The position numbers and the translations under genes were made by a program. This document shows, piece after piece, positions 9,555 through 21,100 of a stretch of 64,000 nt of DNA. Source of the DNA: Corallochytrium limacisporum Hawaii (lineage: Eukaryota; Protista; Pluriformea); NCBI GenBank assembly GCA_002811645.1, contig PDIP01000018.1, forward strand, positions 83,609-147,608, given 5' to 3'. Numbering within the stretch: the first letter of the stretch is position 1; the number at the start of each line of letters is the position of its first letter. Below the pieces are notes generated by a model. It was not told the origin of the DNA. It ran no database searches and saw nothing but the letters and a program-made list of their open reading frames with translations.

Positions 9555-12500
9555 TCACTTCTTCTTCAACTTGAATTTAAGCTTTGGTCGAGCAGGTTTT
9601 GGCGCATTGTCAGGACCACCACCTCCGGGGGATGGCTCCGATGATGTTGGTACACTGGCACTCGCAACAGCGACGTCTTCAGGCGGCCTGGGCACTGCCA
9701 GGGATGGGCTGACAGCCTCTTTTGGTTTCGAAGCAGCAGCGGGCGGGGGTGGTGCCTCATCCGGCGCGGCAGGCGTCGTTGTGCCACGCGGTGAGTCTCC
9801 CGGACGACGTGTAAGTTTGAGGCGGCCACCGAGCTTTAGAGAGAGTTTCGGGGGCGCCCGCGCCGGCGCTGCAGGTGGTGCTGACTCGCTACTCGAGCCT
9901 GCAGCAGTGGCGGTTGACGCGGCATTGACAACAGTGCCTCCATCCTCGGGCGCTGACTCGGGCGCTTGCGTGCCGCTGTGGCCATCAACGTCCATTGGAA
10001 CCATGGCTGGAGCGGGCACTGGAATCACGCGTGGGCTGCTTTCCATTGGCACCGGAGCAGCTTCGACTGTACCAGGCACAGATGGTGCTATTTTCGGTGG
10101 CGGCGGTGGTCTCCTGGCACCCAGCTTCAGACGCAGTGGCTTCTTGGTTGTACTAGCGGCTGCGCCAGTGGTGGAGGATGCCGGGCTCGATATGTCACTG
10201 ATGAGATCGATAGCCGCAACCCCGAGAGCAGCAGGTGGCTGGGAAGTGGCTGCTGTGCTGGGGACAGCAACATTGCTGTCGCGCGAGACGTCCATGGGCC
10301 CAACCCCAACTGCGCCACTGCCACTTGCCGAGCCACCGTCCAAAGGACTCAGAGCAATCATACCGCCGAGGCCATCGCTGCCGACGCTTCCTTCTCCGCG
10401 CCCCTCGTAGGCAGGGGCATCTAACGGTCGGTTCTGCGGATGGTACGTGAGTGCTTTCGGATCTTCCGCCGGTGTAGGTACTTTGTCACGAATCATAGCC
10501 TCCATAGTGTCCAATTCCTGGCGATGTGCCTCTATCCACTTCCGTCCTTGCTTGAGGGCCTCTTCGGCGACGCTGAGCTTGCTTGCGTCGTTGAAGAAGA
10601 ACTTACCTGTGTTCTCGTAGATGAGATTTAGATCCATCTCAAACTGCGCTACGGTTGTGTAAATGTGGTGGGTTGCCTTGTTCTTCATTTCTTGAAGTTC
10701 CATGGGCGTCTTAATGAAGCGATAGTAGTCCGGATAGAGATACGGGGGCAACGGCTCTAGAATATGCATAGCGCGCTGACGCCGGTCAGCCCTCTTCTTC
10801 CCAAAGCCGGGTCCGCCACCTGTGAAACGTGACGTCAGGTGATTTACCCCCCCTCGGAGCTTAGTATTGAATCGGCCAAGTGGATCCTCCTGGATGCGGG
10901 ACAGTTTCTCATCTGTAACACTGCCTATGCCCCTTTCAGCAATGGCCTTGCTGAGGGCTTCGCAGATCTGCTTGCGCCTCGGATCAAGGACCTTTTCCTT
11001 GTAGTAGTCCACCAGCATGCTAGCCAGGGGGATCAGTCCGTATAAATCGTTCTGGCTGTTGAACTTAATACAGTTGTCACGGATGCGCTCCACATCTTCC
11101 GTGAATTCCTCCAGGCTTGCATACTTACCCTGACGGCACTTAACCTTCATAGTTTGTAGATCGATAGGACGCTCAATGATCTGATAGTAGACGGGCAAGT
11201 TGGCACGGCTTACTGGCGTGTGGAACATGGCTATGTAGGCCCTGAGATGTCGATCAACCGGCATCTTCTTCAACTCATCAACCATGTGCAACAGTTCACG
11301 ATTCAAGTTTGTCAGCGGACTCTTTGAAAGATCTTGGATGCGCTTTAGCAATTTGTTTTGCGCCTTGAGTTCCTTCTTGGATGGTGTTGCGGGCATCTCT
11401 GCCGAGTATTCCAAATCATCTCCGGCCTCGGATACCGGGGCAGACACTGGCCCGGCGAGTTCAGCTTCCTGAGCAGCTGGAGTCAATTTCACTGAGCGCG
11501 GCAGTGTGAGTGGCAGACTGCCATTGTTCCTTTCACCAGTGAGCGCTGTTGCACTGCGGCCACCAAAGGTCAACGTGAGTGGCTTCCGATTCTTTGCAAT
11601 CTGCTTCTTGCGAGCTTCCTCAAAGGATTCAAACTTGATGTCCAGTGCCTCATTTGAACTTGCCAAGGAGATGCCTGATTCCCGCTCCTGCTTCTTCATA
11701 GCCAAGTATCCAGCAATAACCAGTGGGTTGGTGATCACCTCATTCACGACGTGCCAACCGCTGCCAGTGTCCTTGAACTTCTTCTTGGACGATGCGCCAT
11801 CCACAACTCCATCGGTGCCGTCAGTAGTGTTCAATTTGCCTGCGGCAGCCGGGCCCTCGTTTTCCTCATCACTCGAGTCATCTTCACCACTGGAGAGTCC
11901 TTTGTTGAGCCGTTCCTGACGGCGCTTTTGAGCGCCGGTGAGCCAAACACGACGGCGAATGACCAGTTTCTTGCCAACATATTCATCAGGATTTAAACCA
12001 CCAAGTCGGCTTTCCGTTGCGCCAGTCATCATTGCCTCAAAATCAAAGTCGTCATCGTCATCAGAGTCTTCTTCTTCTTCTTCGTCGTCGTCACCATTGT
12101 CTTCGTCATCTTTATCACCATCGACATCCATCAGGAACGGATTCTCTGCAGCGGAAGTCTTCTTTTTGGATGAAGCTTTCTTCGAAGTCTTAGTAGCTGG
12201 TGCACTACTGACTGTCTTCACAGCTACTTCGTCCTCATCATCGCTGAGTGGAGTCGCTTCCTGGACCTCGCCAGTCCTTGGATCCGGCGTAATCGAGGCG
12301 AAATTATTGCGGAAGACTGTGCGGCTGAGTTTGCGGTAACGATCATACTGCTGCAGAGTGACACCAGGGATTTTCTTGGACATCACGCGCTTCCTAGGAT
12401 CCTTCATGAACTTGCTTCTCTGCTGCTTCAAGAGTTTCAATTTCTCCTTCCGGTTCATGGTTTCCGCTTGGGCGGTAGTGATCTTGCCGACGATGACAAG

Positions 12501-15422
12501 GAAGCCATCGAGGTCTTCGTTCTTGATACTTGCCATTGGAATCTTACAGAGGCCTTTGATGTAGTCTTGTTGCTCACCATTCAGATGACCAGGCAGAGTC
12601 CACTGAACGTGCGCCTGTCCGCGACGAGCTCGCTGCTCTGTCTTTGTATCGTATAGCGACGGAGCGCAACGCAAAAGAACCAAGGCAAGACCACGACCAC
12701 TCACATCCACGCGATAGGGCGCCTTCGTACAGGTTGCGGCGTTGGTGCCTTTCAGACCCTTCGCGACAACATCGAGCACAGTTTTGTTTTCACGTGCATC
12801 CTTCACAGCCTGACTGACGACCCAAGGTGTGGTCAAGAATGGCGGCGGAGCATCTCGTGGAGGGTTTAGGCTCAGCTTGTTGTTTGCTCGCGCACCAAAA
12901 CCCTTGGGAATCTCGTCCTCGTAGCCAAGGTCGATCAAGCGGCGAGCCACGTGCAAGAGAGCAAGTTCAACGGTCCAATCCTCGGGGCTGAGCAAGGCTT
13001 GCAATTGACTGTCTTGCAGGGGCAAACTTTTGTCCTTACGCAACGCGTACCGGGAGTCTCGGGTGCTCTTGGTTAATGGAGCCGCAAGCGATTTGATAAT
13101 CTTCTTCCGCCAGTCGTCTCTGATGTCCGGGAACATTTGCTGCACCAGACGATAATCGAAGGAGTTTTTGTTGGAATCAATCACAAAGCGCAAAGTATAC
13201 ACACGTATACGCTCTTCGATAAGCTCTCTGCGGCGTTTGAAGTCCTGTATGGTATGCACTTCCCGGTTTAAGAACTGCTGACCAACTGCAAAACGCACAT
13301 CAATGTTCCGAATCCAGAATTTGTTATTCGAAACAACAATGAGAAAGTCATCATTGGCGCGGTTTGTTCGCGTCCAGGTGCCCACGGGAGCGTTGTACAA
13401 CCGATTAGACATCACTGTCATTGTGTTTCCAGGTTCGATGAACATGTCGTCACCGAGGAACGGAGACGGCGCTTTGGACGGTAGATATGTAGTGACAGGT
13501 GCCCAGACATTCTTCTTGAAACCTGACGTGTCCTTCGGTCGCAGTCGTCGGTAGTATGTGAATAGTTTGGTTACCATACCGAATCTCAGCAGCAAAGACG
13601 GATACGGGTCCAAGTGTTCAAAAAGCACAATCTTACCATCTCGTGCAGTGAGATCACGTACCTTTCGAAATCCCAAGAGGTCGCTGAAGTGCCCAATATT
13701 TTGTTTTTCAGCCTCACGCAATCGCTCCACTTTCTCAATATTACGACGCAAGGACTTGATCTTGGCGCCAATTACATTCGCCTTAAAGATCTGGCCCATA
13801 CGATCGGGCCGGGCGATAGGCGTGTTCTCCTTAACGGCTATAAAAGCTTGTTTCCGAAGTTTCTCGCTAACACTGCGAGCAGCAACATCCTCGGTGCGAA
13901 ACGGGGGACCTTTTGCTTTGCCCACCTCGCCACTCCCCGCGTCTGCCTCCGGGACAGTATCAACTGTTTCATTGAGGTGTGCTTCATCTTCCTCGGGAGC
14001 CAGTCGCAGCTGTGGGCGATGATGTCGACGCAGCTGTGGCACAGACATGTGCGTCGGGTAGAAGAAGTCGTTAAGGCGGACGGCAGGGCCTGCATTATTG
14101 AATTCTCGATACTGGCGCTCCTTCTGCTTGACTTCGGACTCCTTTCTATAGAATGCATCCTGGGAAACATTGAAAGCAGACACTTTCTGTTCAATTTCAA
14201 GTAGCCGTCCCTCCACCGCATTTCGTGCAGCGGCACGGGCAGTGCGGATCCGCTTCAGCAGAGCGCGACGCTCCCGACCGTGGTCGGCTCGAGATTGGAA
14301 CTCACCAGCCAGGGCCGGATCGTTCAGATCCACATACACGACACCGGTACCGAGTCTCCTAGATGGACCTTGATTCTGTGCTTCTTCTTCATCCTTATCA
14401 GCATCGGCATCATTCTCTTCATCTCCAGCCTTGGCATCGTCCCACATGACCCAGCTTTCCCAATCAACATCATCAACAGGCATCGGGACCTTATTCGCAA
14501 GCAGAAAATCTGTGTCTCCCTTTGGTTCCTGCGTGTCTTCCAGTTTTGGACGCTTTATCTTTATGCGAATGGAACCAGTGTCGCTGTCACTGGCACCACC
14601 ATCAGCATCCCACTTGATATTTTGTTCCCAATCGTCAATTTCGAAGAGACGTACTGCGTTGACGGACTTAAAATTGGCGTCTTCATCTTCGGCTGCCAAA
14701 GGTACGCCGATCTCGCGCTTTGCTCTACCAGCGGCAATGATATCTTCATCATAGTCGCTTATGGCACCAGCGTCCGATGTTTCACCTCCATCAGGTGCAA
14801 GTGAGTCCTGAGCTGGCCGGGTCAAAGTGTCCTTCATTGATTCTGCAGGTGCTTTTGGCTTCTTGACGTCTGTGATTTGGTCAAGAGGCGTTGACCCAAG
14901 CAAGGAATGCTTTTCTTTTTCTTTCACTTTCCTTGCGGCTAAAATTGCGCTCGGTTCCAGGCCCTCTGTAATCTTCCATATCCGATACGAGTATTGGGGA
15001 TCAGATTTGCTATCAATGTTGCGGAAAATAATAGCTTCTGGCACGGCACCGGCGAAATTCTCGCTGCCTTTCTGATATTTCGTAAGTGCCTGATCTCGAT
15101 CGAGGGTAGTCCTTTGGAATCTGGCTCTTCGCTCTGCAGCTTCCCGATCCAAACGCGCTATCCGCTGCTCCTCAGTCTCGTCTGCTTCTTCGACCGGAAC
15201 GACCGCGTCTTCCGCCTCAACTATTTCCAACGCTCGTTGCCTAGCCTGTGCTTCTTTACTTTCTTGTTCTTTCTTACGCTGAAGAATTGCTTCCGCCTTC
15301 TGTTTCTCTGCTTCGTCGTCACTGACATCGAAGTCTTCCTCGTCCTCATCCGCGGCTTTGTGACCTTCCTTTGTGCGCTGTAAGCGCTGCAAGGCCAAAT
15401 AGGCCAAGCGATTTTCATCCAT
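9555..15422 (-). CDS. TAF1: TFIID subunit 1 with tandem bromodomains
   Basis: TAF1 core blocks FNVSQDAFY, FYPTHMSVPQLRRHHRP and DLTARDGKIVLFEH...GMVTKLFTYYRR, plus two bromodomain-like units (FHTPV...YYQIIERPIDL...NCIKFN; YPDYYRFIKTPMEL). Confidence 0.92.
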   Translation of the reverse strand: MDENRLAYLALQRLQRTKEGHKAADEDEEDFDVSDDEAEKQKAEAILQRKKEQESKEAQARQRALEIVEAEDAVVPVEEADETEEQRIARLDREAAERRARFQRTTLDRDQALTKYQKGSENFAGAVPEAIIFRNIDSKSDPQYSYRIWKITEGLEPSAILAARKVKEKEKHSLLGSTPLDQITDVKKPKAPAESMKDTLTRPAQDSLAPDGGETSDAGAISDYDEDIIAAGRAKREIGVPLAAEDEDANFKSVNAVRLFEIDDWEQNIKWDADGGASDSDTGSIRIKIKRPKLEDTQEPKGDTDFLLANKVPMPVDDVDWESWVMWDDAKAGDEENDADADKDEEEAQNQGPSRRLGTGVVYVDLNDPALAGEFQSRADHGRERRALLKRIRTARAAARNAVEGRLLEIEQKVSAFNVSQDAFYRKESEVKQKERQYREFNNAGPAVRLNDFFYPTHMSVPQLRRHHRPQLRLAPEEDEAHLNETVDTVPEADAGSGEVGKAKGPPFRTEDVAARSVSEKLRKQAFIAVKENTPIARPDRMGQIFKANVIGAKIKSLRRNIEKVERLREAEKQNIGHFSDLLGFRKVRDLTARDGKIVLFEHLDPYPSLLLRFGMVTKLFTYYRRLRPKDTSGFKKNVWAPVTTYLPSKAPSPFLGDDMFIEPGNTMTVMSNRLYNAPVGTWTRTNRANDDFLIVVSNNKFWIRNIDVRFAVGQQFLNREVHTIQDFKRRRELIEERIRVYTLRFVIDSNKNSFDYRLVQQMFPDIRDDWRKKIIKSLAAPLTKSTRDSRYALRKDKSLPLQDSQLQALLSPEDWTVELALLHVARRLIDLGYEDEIPKGFGARANNKLSLNPPRDAPPPFLTTPWVVSQAVKDARENKTVLDVVAKGLKGTNAATCTKAPYRVDVSGRGLALVLLRCAPSLYDTKTEQRARRGQAHVQWTLPGHLNGEQQDYIKGLCKIPMASIKNEDLDGFLVIVGKITTAQAETMNRKEKLKLLKQQRSKFMKDPRKRVMSKKIPGVTLQQYDRYRKLSRTVFRNNFASITPDPRTGEVQEATPLSDDEDEVAVKTVSSAPATKTSKKASSKKKTSAAENPFLMDVDGDKDDEDNGDDDEEEEEDSDDDDDFDFEAMMTGATESRLGGLNPDEYVGKKLVIRRRVWLTGAQKRRQERLNKGLSSGEDDSSDEENEGPAAAGKLNTTDGTDGVVDGASSKKKFKDTGSGWHVVNEVITNPLVIAGYLAMKKQERESGISLASSNEALDIKFESFEEARKKQIAKNRKPLTLTFGGRSATALTGERNNGSLPLTLPRSVKLTPAAQEAELAGPVSAPVSEAGDDLEYSAEMPATPSKKELKAQNKLLKRIQDLSKSPLTNLNRELLHMVDELKKMPVDRHLRAYIAMFHTPVSRANLPVYYQIIERPIDLQTMKVKCRQGKYASLEEFTEDVERIRDNCIKFNSQNDLYGLIPLASMLVDYYKEKVLDPRRKQICEALSKAIAERGIGSVTDEKLSRIQEDPLGRFNTKLRGGVNHLTSRFTGGGPGFGKKRADRRQRAMHILEPLPPYLYPDYYRFIKTPMELQEMKNKATHHIYTTVAQFEMDLNLIYENTGKFFFNDASKLSVAEEALKQGRKWIEAHRQELDTMEAMIRDKVPTPAEDPKALTYHPQNRPLDAPAYEGRGEGSVGSDGLGGMIALSPLDGGSASGSGAVGVGPMDVSRDSNVAVPSTAATSQPPAALGVAAIDLISDISSPASSTTGAAASTTKKPLRLKLGARRPPPPPKIAPSVPGTVEAAPVPMESSPRVIPVPAPAMVPMDVDGHSGTQAPESAPEDGGTVVNAASTATAAGSSSESAPPAAPARAPPKLSLKLGGRLKLTRRPGDSPRGTTTPAAPDEAPPPPAAASKPKEAVSPSLAVPRPPEDVAVASASVPTSSEPSPGGGGPDNAPKPARPKLKFKLKKK

Positions 15423-16137
15423 TATTGCAAGTCTCTCCTTGCTGTTCTTTCTATTTCACTAGTATTACCCCATTGCTGATGGTCAGATCTGGCAATGCAA
15501 TAGGCAGGCACTCTTGTTACCGCATGTCGTTGGGTCTCCTACTGGCCACTTCTTACACACGCGTATCGCTCTATTCAGTTATTCCATGTCTTATCCATTC
15601 CTTTATATAGCGAGTGATTTGCAAATTGTTTCGCACCTCGAAACCGCCTATCAATCAAATTCCTGACCATGACAAACGAATCAAGTCCACGTCCGGTGCA
15701 CGAACACTGGGCACACATACCAAGGCGCGATTCGGTGGCGCTTGGCGGACCCCCCTGGACCCCGCGCACTTTCGCCTTGGTTGAAGGGAGACCACCAGTG
15801 CCTTGCGCTGCTGCTCTTCCCCCCTCCGCTGTCCCAATCCGAAAATGCCCTCCCCTCCGGGAGGTCGTGGCCTGCGAGGCACCTGGGTGGTGGCCAACCA
15901 GCCCACCCCGTTGTCGAAGTCTGAAAAAGCTGCGCAATCCTCAATCTTCCAGGTTCTGTGGTCAACATTTGCCCCTTTGCTGCTCAGCTCGGATTCGATA
16001 TTTAGCTACGAGTCTAATTAGGCGATAGCGTCAATTATGCTATTTAGGCATGTGAAGTCCGTGTCTATTGACAGGCATGTGACCGTACTTGTTTTCATCG
16101 GTTGCAGCAAGTACGTCGTACGTAACGTGTATTCACC

Positions 16138-16440
16138 ATGGTCGGAGCAGCACAGAAGCTTGCAGGACTTTCAAAATCCAGCGTACGCGAGCTGCGCTTT
16201 CATTTCTGTCAGAAGGGCGCTACAAGCAAGGGCATGCGCGACTTTGTCAACAACTTCTACCCAGCGGTAAAGAACGAGAACCAGGATGTTCCATTTCTGA
16301 TCCGCGAGGCCGGTAATATTGACCCAAAGATCATCGCTCGCTACGAAAATGGGGTGGAGAAGATGACTTCTACCGCTGACCTCACAGCAGAACAGATTGT
16401 CGACCAGATTGCTGCCCTGAAGGCCGCCGGCAAGAGCTAA
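16138..16440 (+). CDS. NDUFA2: NADH:ubiquinone oxidoreductase subunit A2 (CI-B8)
   Basis: VRELRFHFCQKGATSKGMRDFV...PFLIRE...PKIIARYENG matches the L51/S25/CI-B8 family. 100 aa, with an accATGg start context. Confidence 0.9.
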   Translation: MVGAAQKLAGLSKSSVRELRFHFCQKGATSKGMRDFVNNFYPAVKNENQDVPFLIREAGNIDPKIIARYENGVEKMTSTADLTAEQIVDQIAALKAAGKS

Positions 16441-18181
16441 ACGATCAGTAATCTGAAACTTAGTTGCGCATGGTGCTGAAGGATATTAAAAATTAACATA
16501 GGTCCTCTAACGATAATGAGTATATTAAACAGAAACGTTTGCAATAGTATGTGAACATAAGCAGGATCCTAACCATAGTCATTTTCATGTTGGCATCATG
16601 ATGATGGACTGCACACATTAGGGAGCAATCATTGGCACCCTTCCAATACATCCCCTCTTCATTCAAACACAATTTTACTATACAAATGATATGGAAACTT
16701 CTCCTTTGAAATTCGCATTTGCCTATACAGCATGCAATGCTACCATAGTTAACCCTACCCGGCTATTGCAACAGCCATCGCGTGCCACCCTTCGGCCCCT
16801 GGACCTTTTGTTTTTGTTATGGTCGCTCGATGGGAGCCTAATTTTCAGGCAACTCTATACATTCAGTAAGGCCCCCACGGCTTCAAAGGTCGGGAGTCTA
16901 TTATTTCATTGTAGGCCCATCCCAGGAACCCCCGGGACGATGGACCACCGCTCCGGATGTCATCAGTCCCCCTGGCCCCACCTCAAGGCTGCGCTACTGA
17001 AAGTACTGCAAACCCTTTGCAGCCCCATTGGCCACAGCCGGCGAAAGATCTTCCCGGCTTCGCACAGCGGACCAAACGGCAGCGGGACGGCAGGGAAAAG
17101 TGACCCAGGGCTCCCTCCCCCTCTCCACCGCGGGCGGTGGCCGAGAGAAACCCAACGATCGATCGCTTTTCGAGCACCGCAAAAAGGCCCGTTTGTGGAG
17201 GGGGGGCGAAGTCAGAAGACTGACACATTACTTTTTTTCTATTACCTCCATATTCTTTTGTGGCCGTCTCCGGGACATTTTCTCTTGGGACGGGAGGACT
17301 ACTCAATTTCTTCCGGGACTCTCACTATGATTTCTAATTTTCCAGTTTGCAAGGTATTTTGATTTTCTGGTTTTCTTGTTTCTTTAATGGTTTTTTTTGA
17401 GCGGGAAACAATTCCTGGAGAAGAGGGAGGGGGGGGGGAGTTTCTGCGATAAGGCAGAGCACCTGAAGAGGGGCTCTGCAAATCGTTGGTCCCGAAAAAA
17501 AAATGAGGGAATATTTTAGCAGCGAAAGCGAAAGGCTGAGGACAGTGGCAGCCCCAAAAGCCGAACACAGCGCACAGAGGCCGACAACCGGACCGAGACT
17601 GAGAGACAGAGGAAGAAAGGACTGGGAGATGCGTGCACAGATTAGAGAGACCCCGCAGGACTCATTGCGCAGCAGCAAAAGCTGCATTTGTTTGCTATCA
17701 CAACCCCTCCCCTACCAACACCCCGGTCCCCGAGTGAGGTCAGTTCTGGGCTTGCGATTGGACACAGGGGCTCCCGGTGTCACTGCGGCGGTGCCGGGAA
17801 TGATCTGCTGGCTGGAAGCACGCCACCGTCCGTGTCAATAATTTCCAATCGTTCCGGACTTCACGGACAGACCAAACGATGATAATTGGCGTCCATGGAT
17901 GTCAATGTGAGCTGTCGTTCTCATGGGTACAAGGCTCCGGTGATGGCTGTTGAGAGCGGCTATATGAGATCAGTTGGCCGGCTGTGGAGTCAGTGGGTCA
18001 GTCACGAACGCTTGCTTGAGTTACCACCTCGGGAACTGCGTAGTCCACTCATTGAATAGGAATCGTAAGTCACCTCGAACCACGTGACATGAGATACAGC
18101 ACAAGATGACGTAGCCCAATTCAGTGCAATTACAATGATCTACGGGTGTTCATACCAGCAGATGCTGAAATTGGGACCAGT

Positions 18182-21100
18182 ATGATTGCAGAGAGGCGGG
18201 TCCTTTTCGACGGGTTCATCCCGTTTCGCAAGCAGGACACCACAGATCCGCAGCCTGATTGGAGTACGCTCACAGGATGGTACGTGGACAAGAAAACAAG
18301 ACGGATCACTGCACGTATCCTAATACGCCATGTTGCGTTAGTTACAGCAATAGGCATCCGCGGAGACAGTGCATCGCGGCTTCAGTTCGAAGGGTGTCAG
18401 TTCTTTCTCGACATCTCTGGCTTCCATGGCACGGCAGCTTCAGAACAAGCTGAGGCCGAAGTATTTGATGCTGATCAAGAAGCATCTCTAGCAACAACAG
18501 TGCCATCTTTCGGTGGGGTAACGTGGAGCAAGCAGTCAACTCTCCCGGTGCCCGGGTTTGAGGAAGATAAGGGGCTAGTGTTCCATGTGGCAGGCGCTGG
18601 AAAACTCATTGATATCTGCTTCAGCCTCCCGGAGGACTTGGGGGCCATTGATGAGAGACGAGTATCCTCATGGTGTGTAGTACTCGATGGGTTCCCCGCC
18701 TACGCTCTGCCTCCAAGTAGGGAGCATATTCAGCTGCTAAACGTTACCCGGGCTTTCCAATTGGATCTGGTACAGCACCACAAGAAGTTCGAGGCCGTCA
18801 AGGCAAAGGAGGAGAAGGTTAAGGGAGTTACAGAGCAGCAACCAAACCTGACCCTCTCTGAGTCACCTCATCTCGCAGTTACTCTGCTACTGTCGGCGCA
18901 GTCTTTGCTGGGCGCTCGAAAGTATCGTCAAGCCATCGAATTTTTGCGCACATACATTGCTGCGGTGGAATCGGATCCATTGTTGATTGAAAGTGGGGGC
19001 AGTCCCTCTAGTGATCGGTACGGCTCTCCGGAATTTCGGCCCGAAGACGACAGTGAGTTAGAAAAGGGCATAAATGAGGATTTCAGTCGGCATGGTTCGG
19101 ATCCATATCGTACGGCACAGCAGCGGAAGCGAACCAGTGGCAAATCTAGCAAGCGGAACTCTTACTTAAACGATCGCCAGCACTCCCCGCTGACTTTGCC
19201 ATCTGGAAGTTGGCCAGGCAGAAATGTGCTTGGGCCACAGAGTAGTCGGAGTAGCGGATCAATGCAACCTGCATCAGTGCACTCATTGTCGGGACTTCGT
19301 TGGAAACCACCAGCGTGGAGCTCCGGAGCGTACTCGTTTTTTGAGACGCAGTCAGTACCGAATGCCAAGGCAGCACGAAGGGCACAGAGAGGTTCCAGGG
19401 GCACACCACCTGAAGTGGAGGAAAAGGATCGATCTAACATAGAAACGGTTAAGGAAGCACACGAAAATTTGATACGACAGCCAGCGATGGGTCCCTGTAA
19501 CACGGCCATGGCCAAATGGCGAGAAATGATGAGACCAGTTGACTCGGGCGTGGGTGAAGGTACGAATTGTCTGCGTGAGCAGCGCGTAAACCAGAGGCCT
19601 CCTAACGGTGAAAATCACACAGCTGAACAGAGCTGGAGCGCAAGCAGCAATGGGCTGAAATGGTCGGAAGGGGAGTATTGGTCACCGTACCAACACAATA
19701 TCATTTCAGTTGAAGAGCCCAGGGTGGATACCGTACGGGCCGAGGGAACAAAGATTGGGAGACCGGATATTGCTTCAACATCGGTGGAACCAGATGAGCA
19801 TGCCGCTGGAATAGTAGAGTTTATTGAGGACTTAGAAGAGCCCGACGCTTGTATGTCTGAACATGGCATTTGGTTTGGTGAGATGCTGTTGCCAACAGCA
19901 GACCATGCTCGATTAATCGTCGCAGATGCACACTTCCGCCGGGGGGCAGACCATCACTGGCTGAGCGTTCTGCTTGAAGCAGCGGGACGGCCGCCACATC
20001 TGCGCGCACACCTTCCGCACGCCAATGATGGGCGAATTGGTGATGCTGTCGATGAAGTCCTTCATCATGGTATCGTGGGTCAGGAACCCCTTCGTCCAGA
20101 GGATCTCCGGGAGGTTACAATTTGCCTAGGCGGCGCACTTTGTGCAGCAATCGACCACCCGTATGAAGTGATCCGTACGGCTAGCCTGCACTGCTTGGAG
20201 CATCTCCTTCAACTCTATCCATCAGCGGTTGGCATGCTTGCAAGTCCGATGGTCCTGTCACTTGCCAAAGCGGCACCACCAGTGCGGTTGGCACGTGGCA
20301 TGATTATACAGAACGGACATCTCACAAGCAGAAGCAATGGCAATGGCAACGGTCCCCCGAGACCAAATCGATCTAAGGCCGGCAGGGCGGTGCGGGGATC
20401 GCTAGGGCCGCTTGGTAGCCCCCGCGAACAAGTTGTGGATGTCAACGAACCCTTGCGCGGAAGTGGTGCCGGCGAGGCACTTCAGCTTCATATATCTGAT
20501 GGTATGCCCAGCCATTCGTCAGAGCAAGGGGGGCAACTGAAGCAGGGACTGGGACTGCACGACGAAGTGCTTGCTGAGGAGGGGATGGAAGACCACGTCG
20601 GTCGAACCGGTATCTTACACAGCCGATTGAGTCGGATGAACCGCGACAATAGCTTGACATGGCAGGCCTTTGCAGAACTGCGGACCACAAGCATGTACAC
20701 AGTGCTTCAGCACAATCGCCAGTTCGCCTCCATGCTGGAATTGTTGCCGTCCCTGAACCCTGAGATCATGCAATCACTTTTTGGTGCACTGATTCAGCTG
20801 CTTGTGCATCCTCCGATTCCCGACTACGCCCCCGTTGCTGCCGTGTATTCACGCACTAAATGGGTCGCAAAGGAGAATGACCACGAAGAGGAGGCTGCCA
20901 TGATTGAGGATTTTCTGTGGGGTCTAGGATCAGGATACGAAACCTACTTTGAAGGCTACGATGGAGTGGTAAGAGAAGCCCGAGACCTATCGGCACAGGC
21001 CATGAGTTCCATCCAAAAAGCTTGCCTCAAGGCTGCGCGTATGGTTATGATGGGACGACGAGGATTCCAGACAGTAGATGATGCAGATGCCTCACAGAAT

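Noticed and set aside
9550-10410. 286-aa + strand ORF (likewise 24190-24996, 42910-43665, 62882-63664)
   Set aside because: These are antisense frames of well-supported GC-rich CDSs, with no independent motifs.
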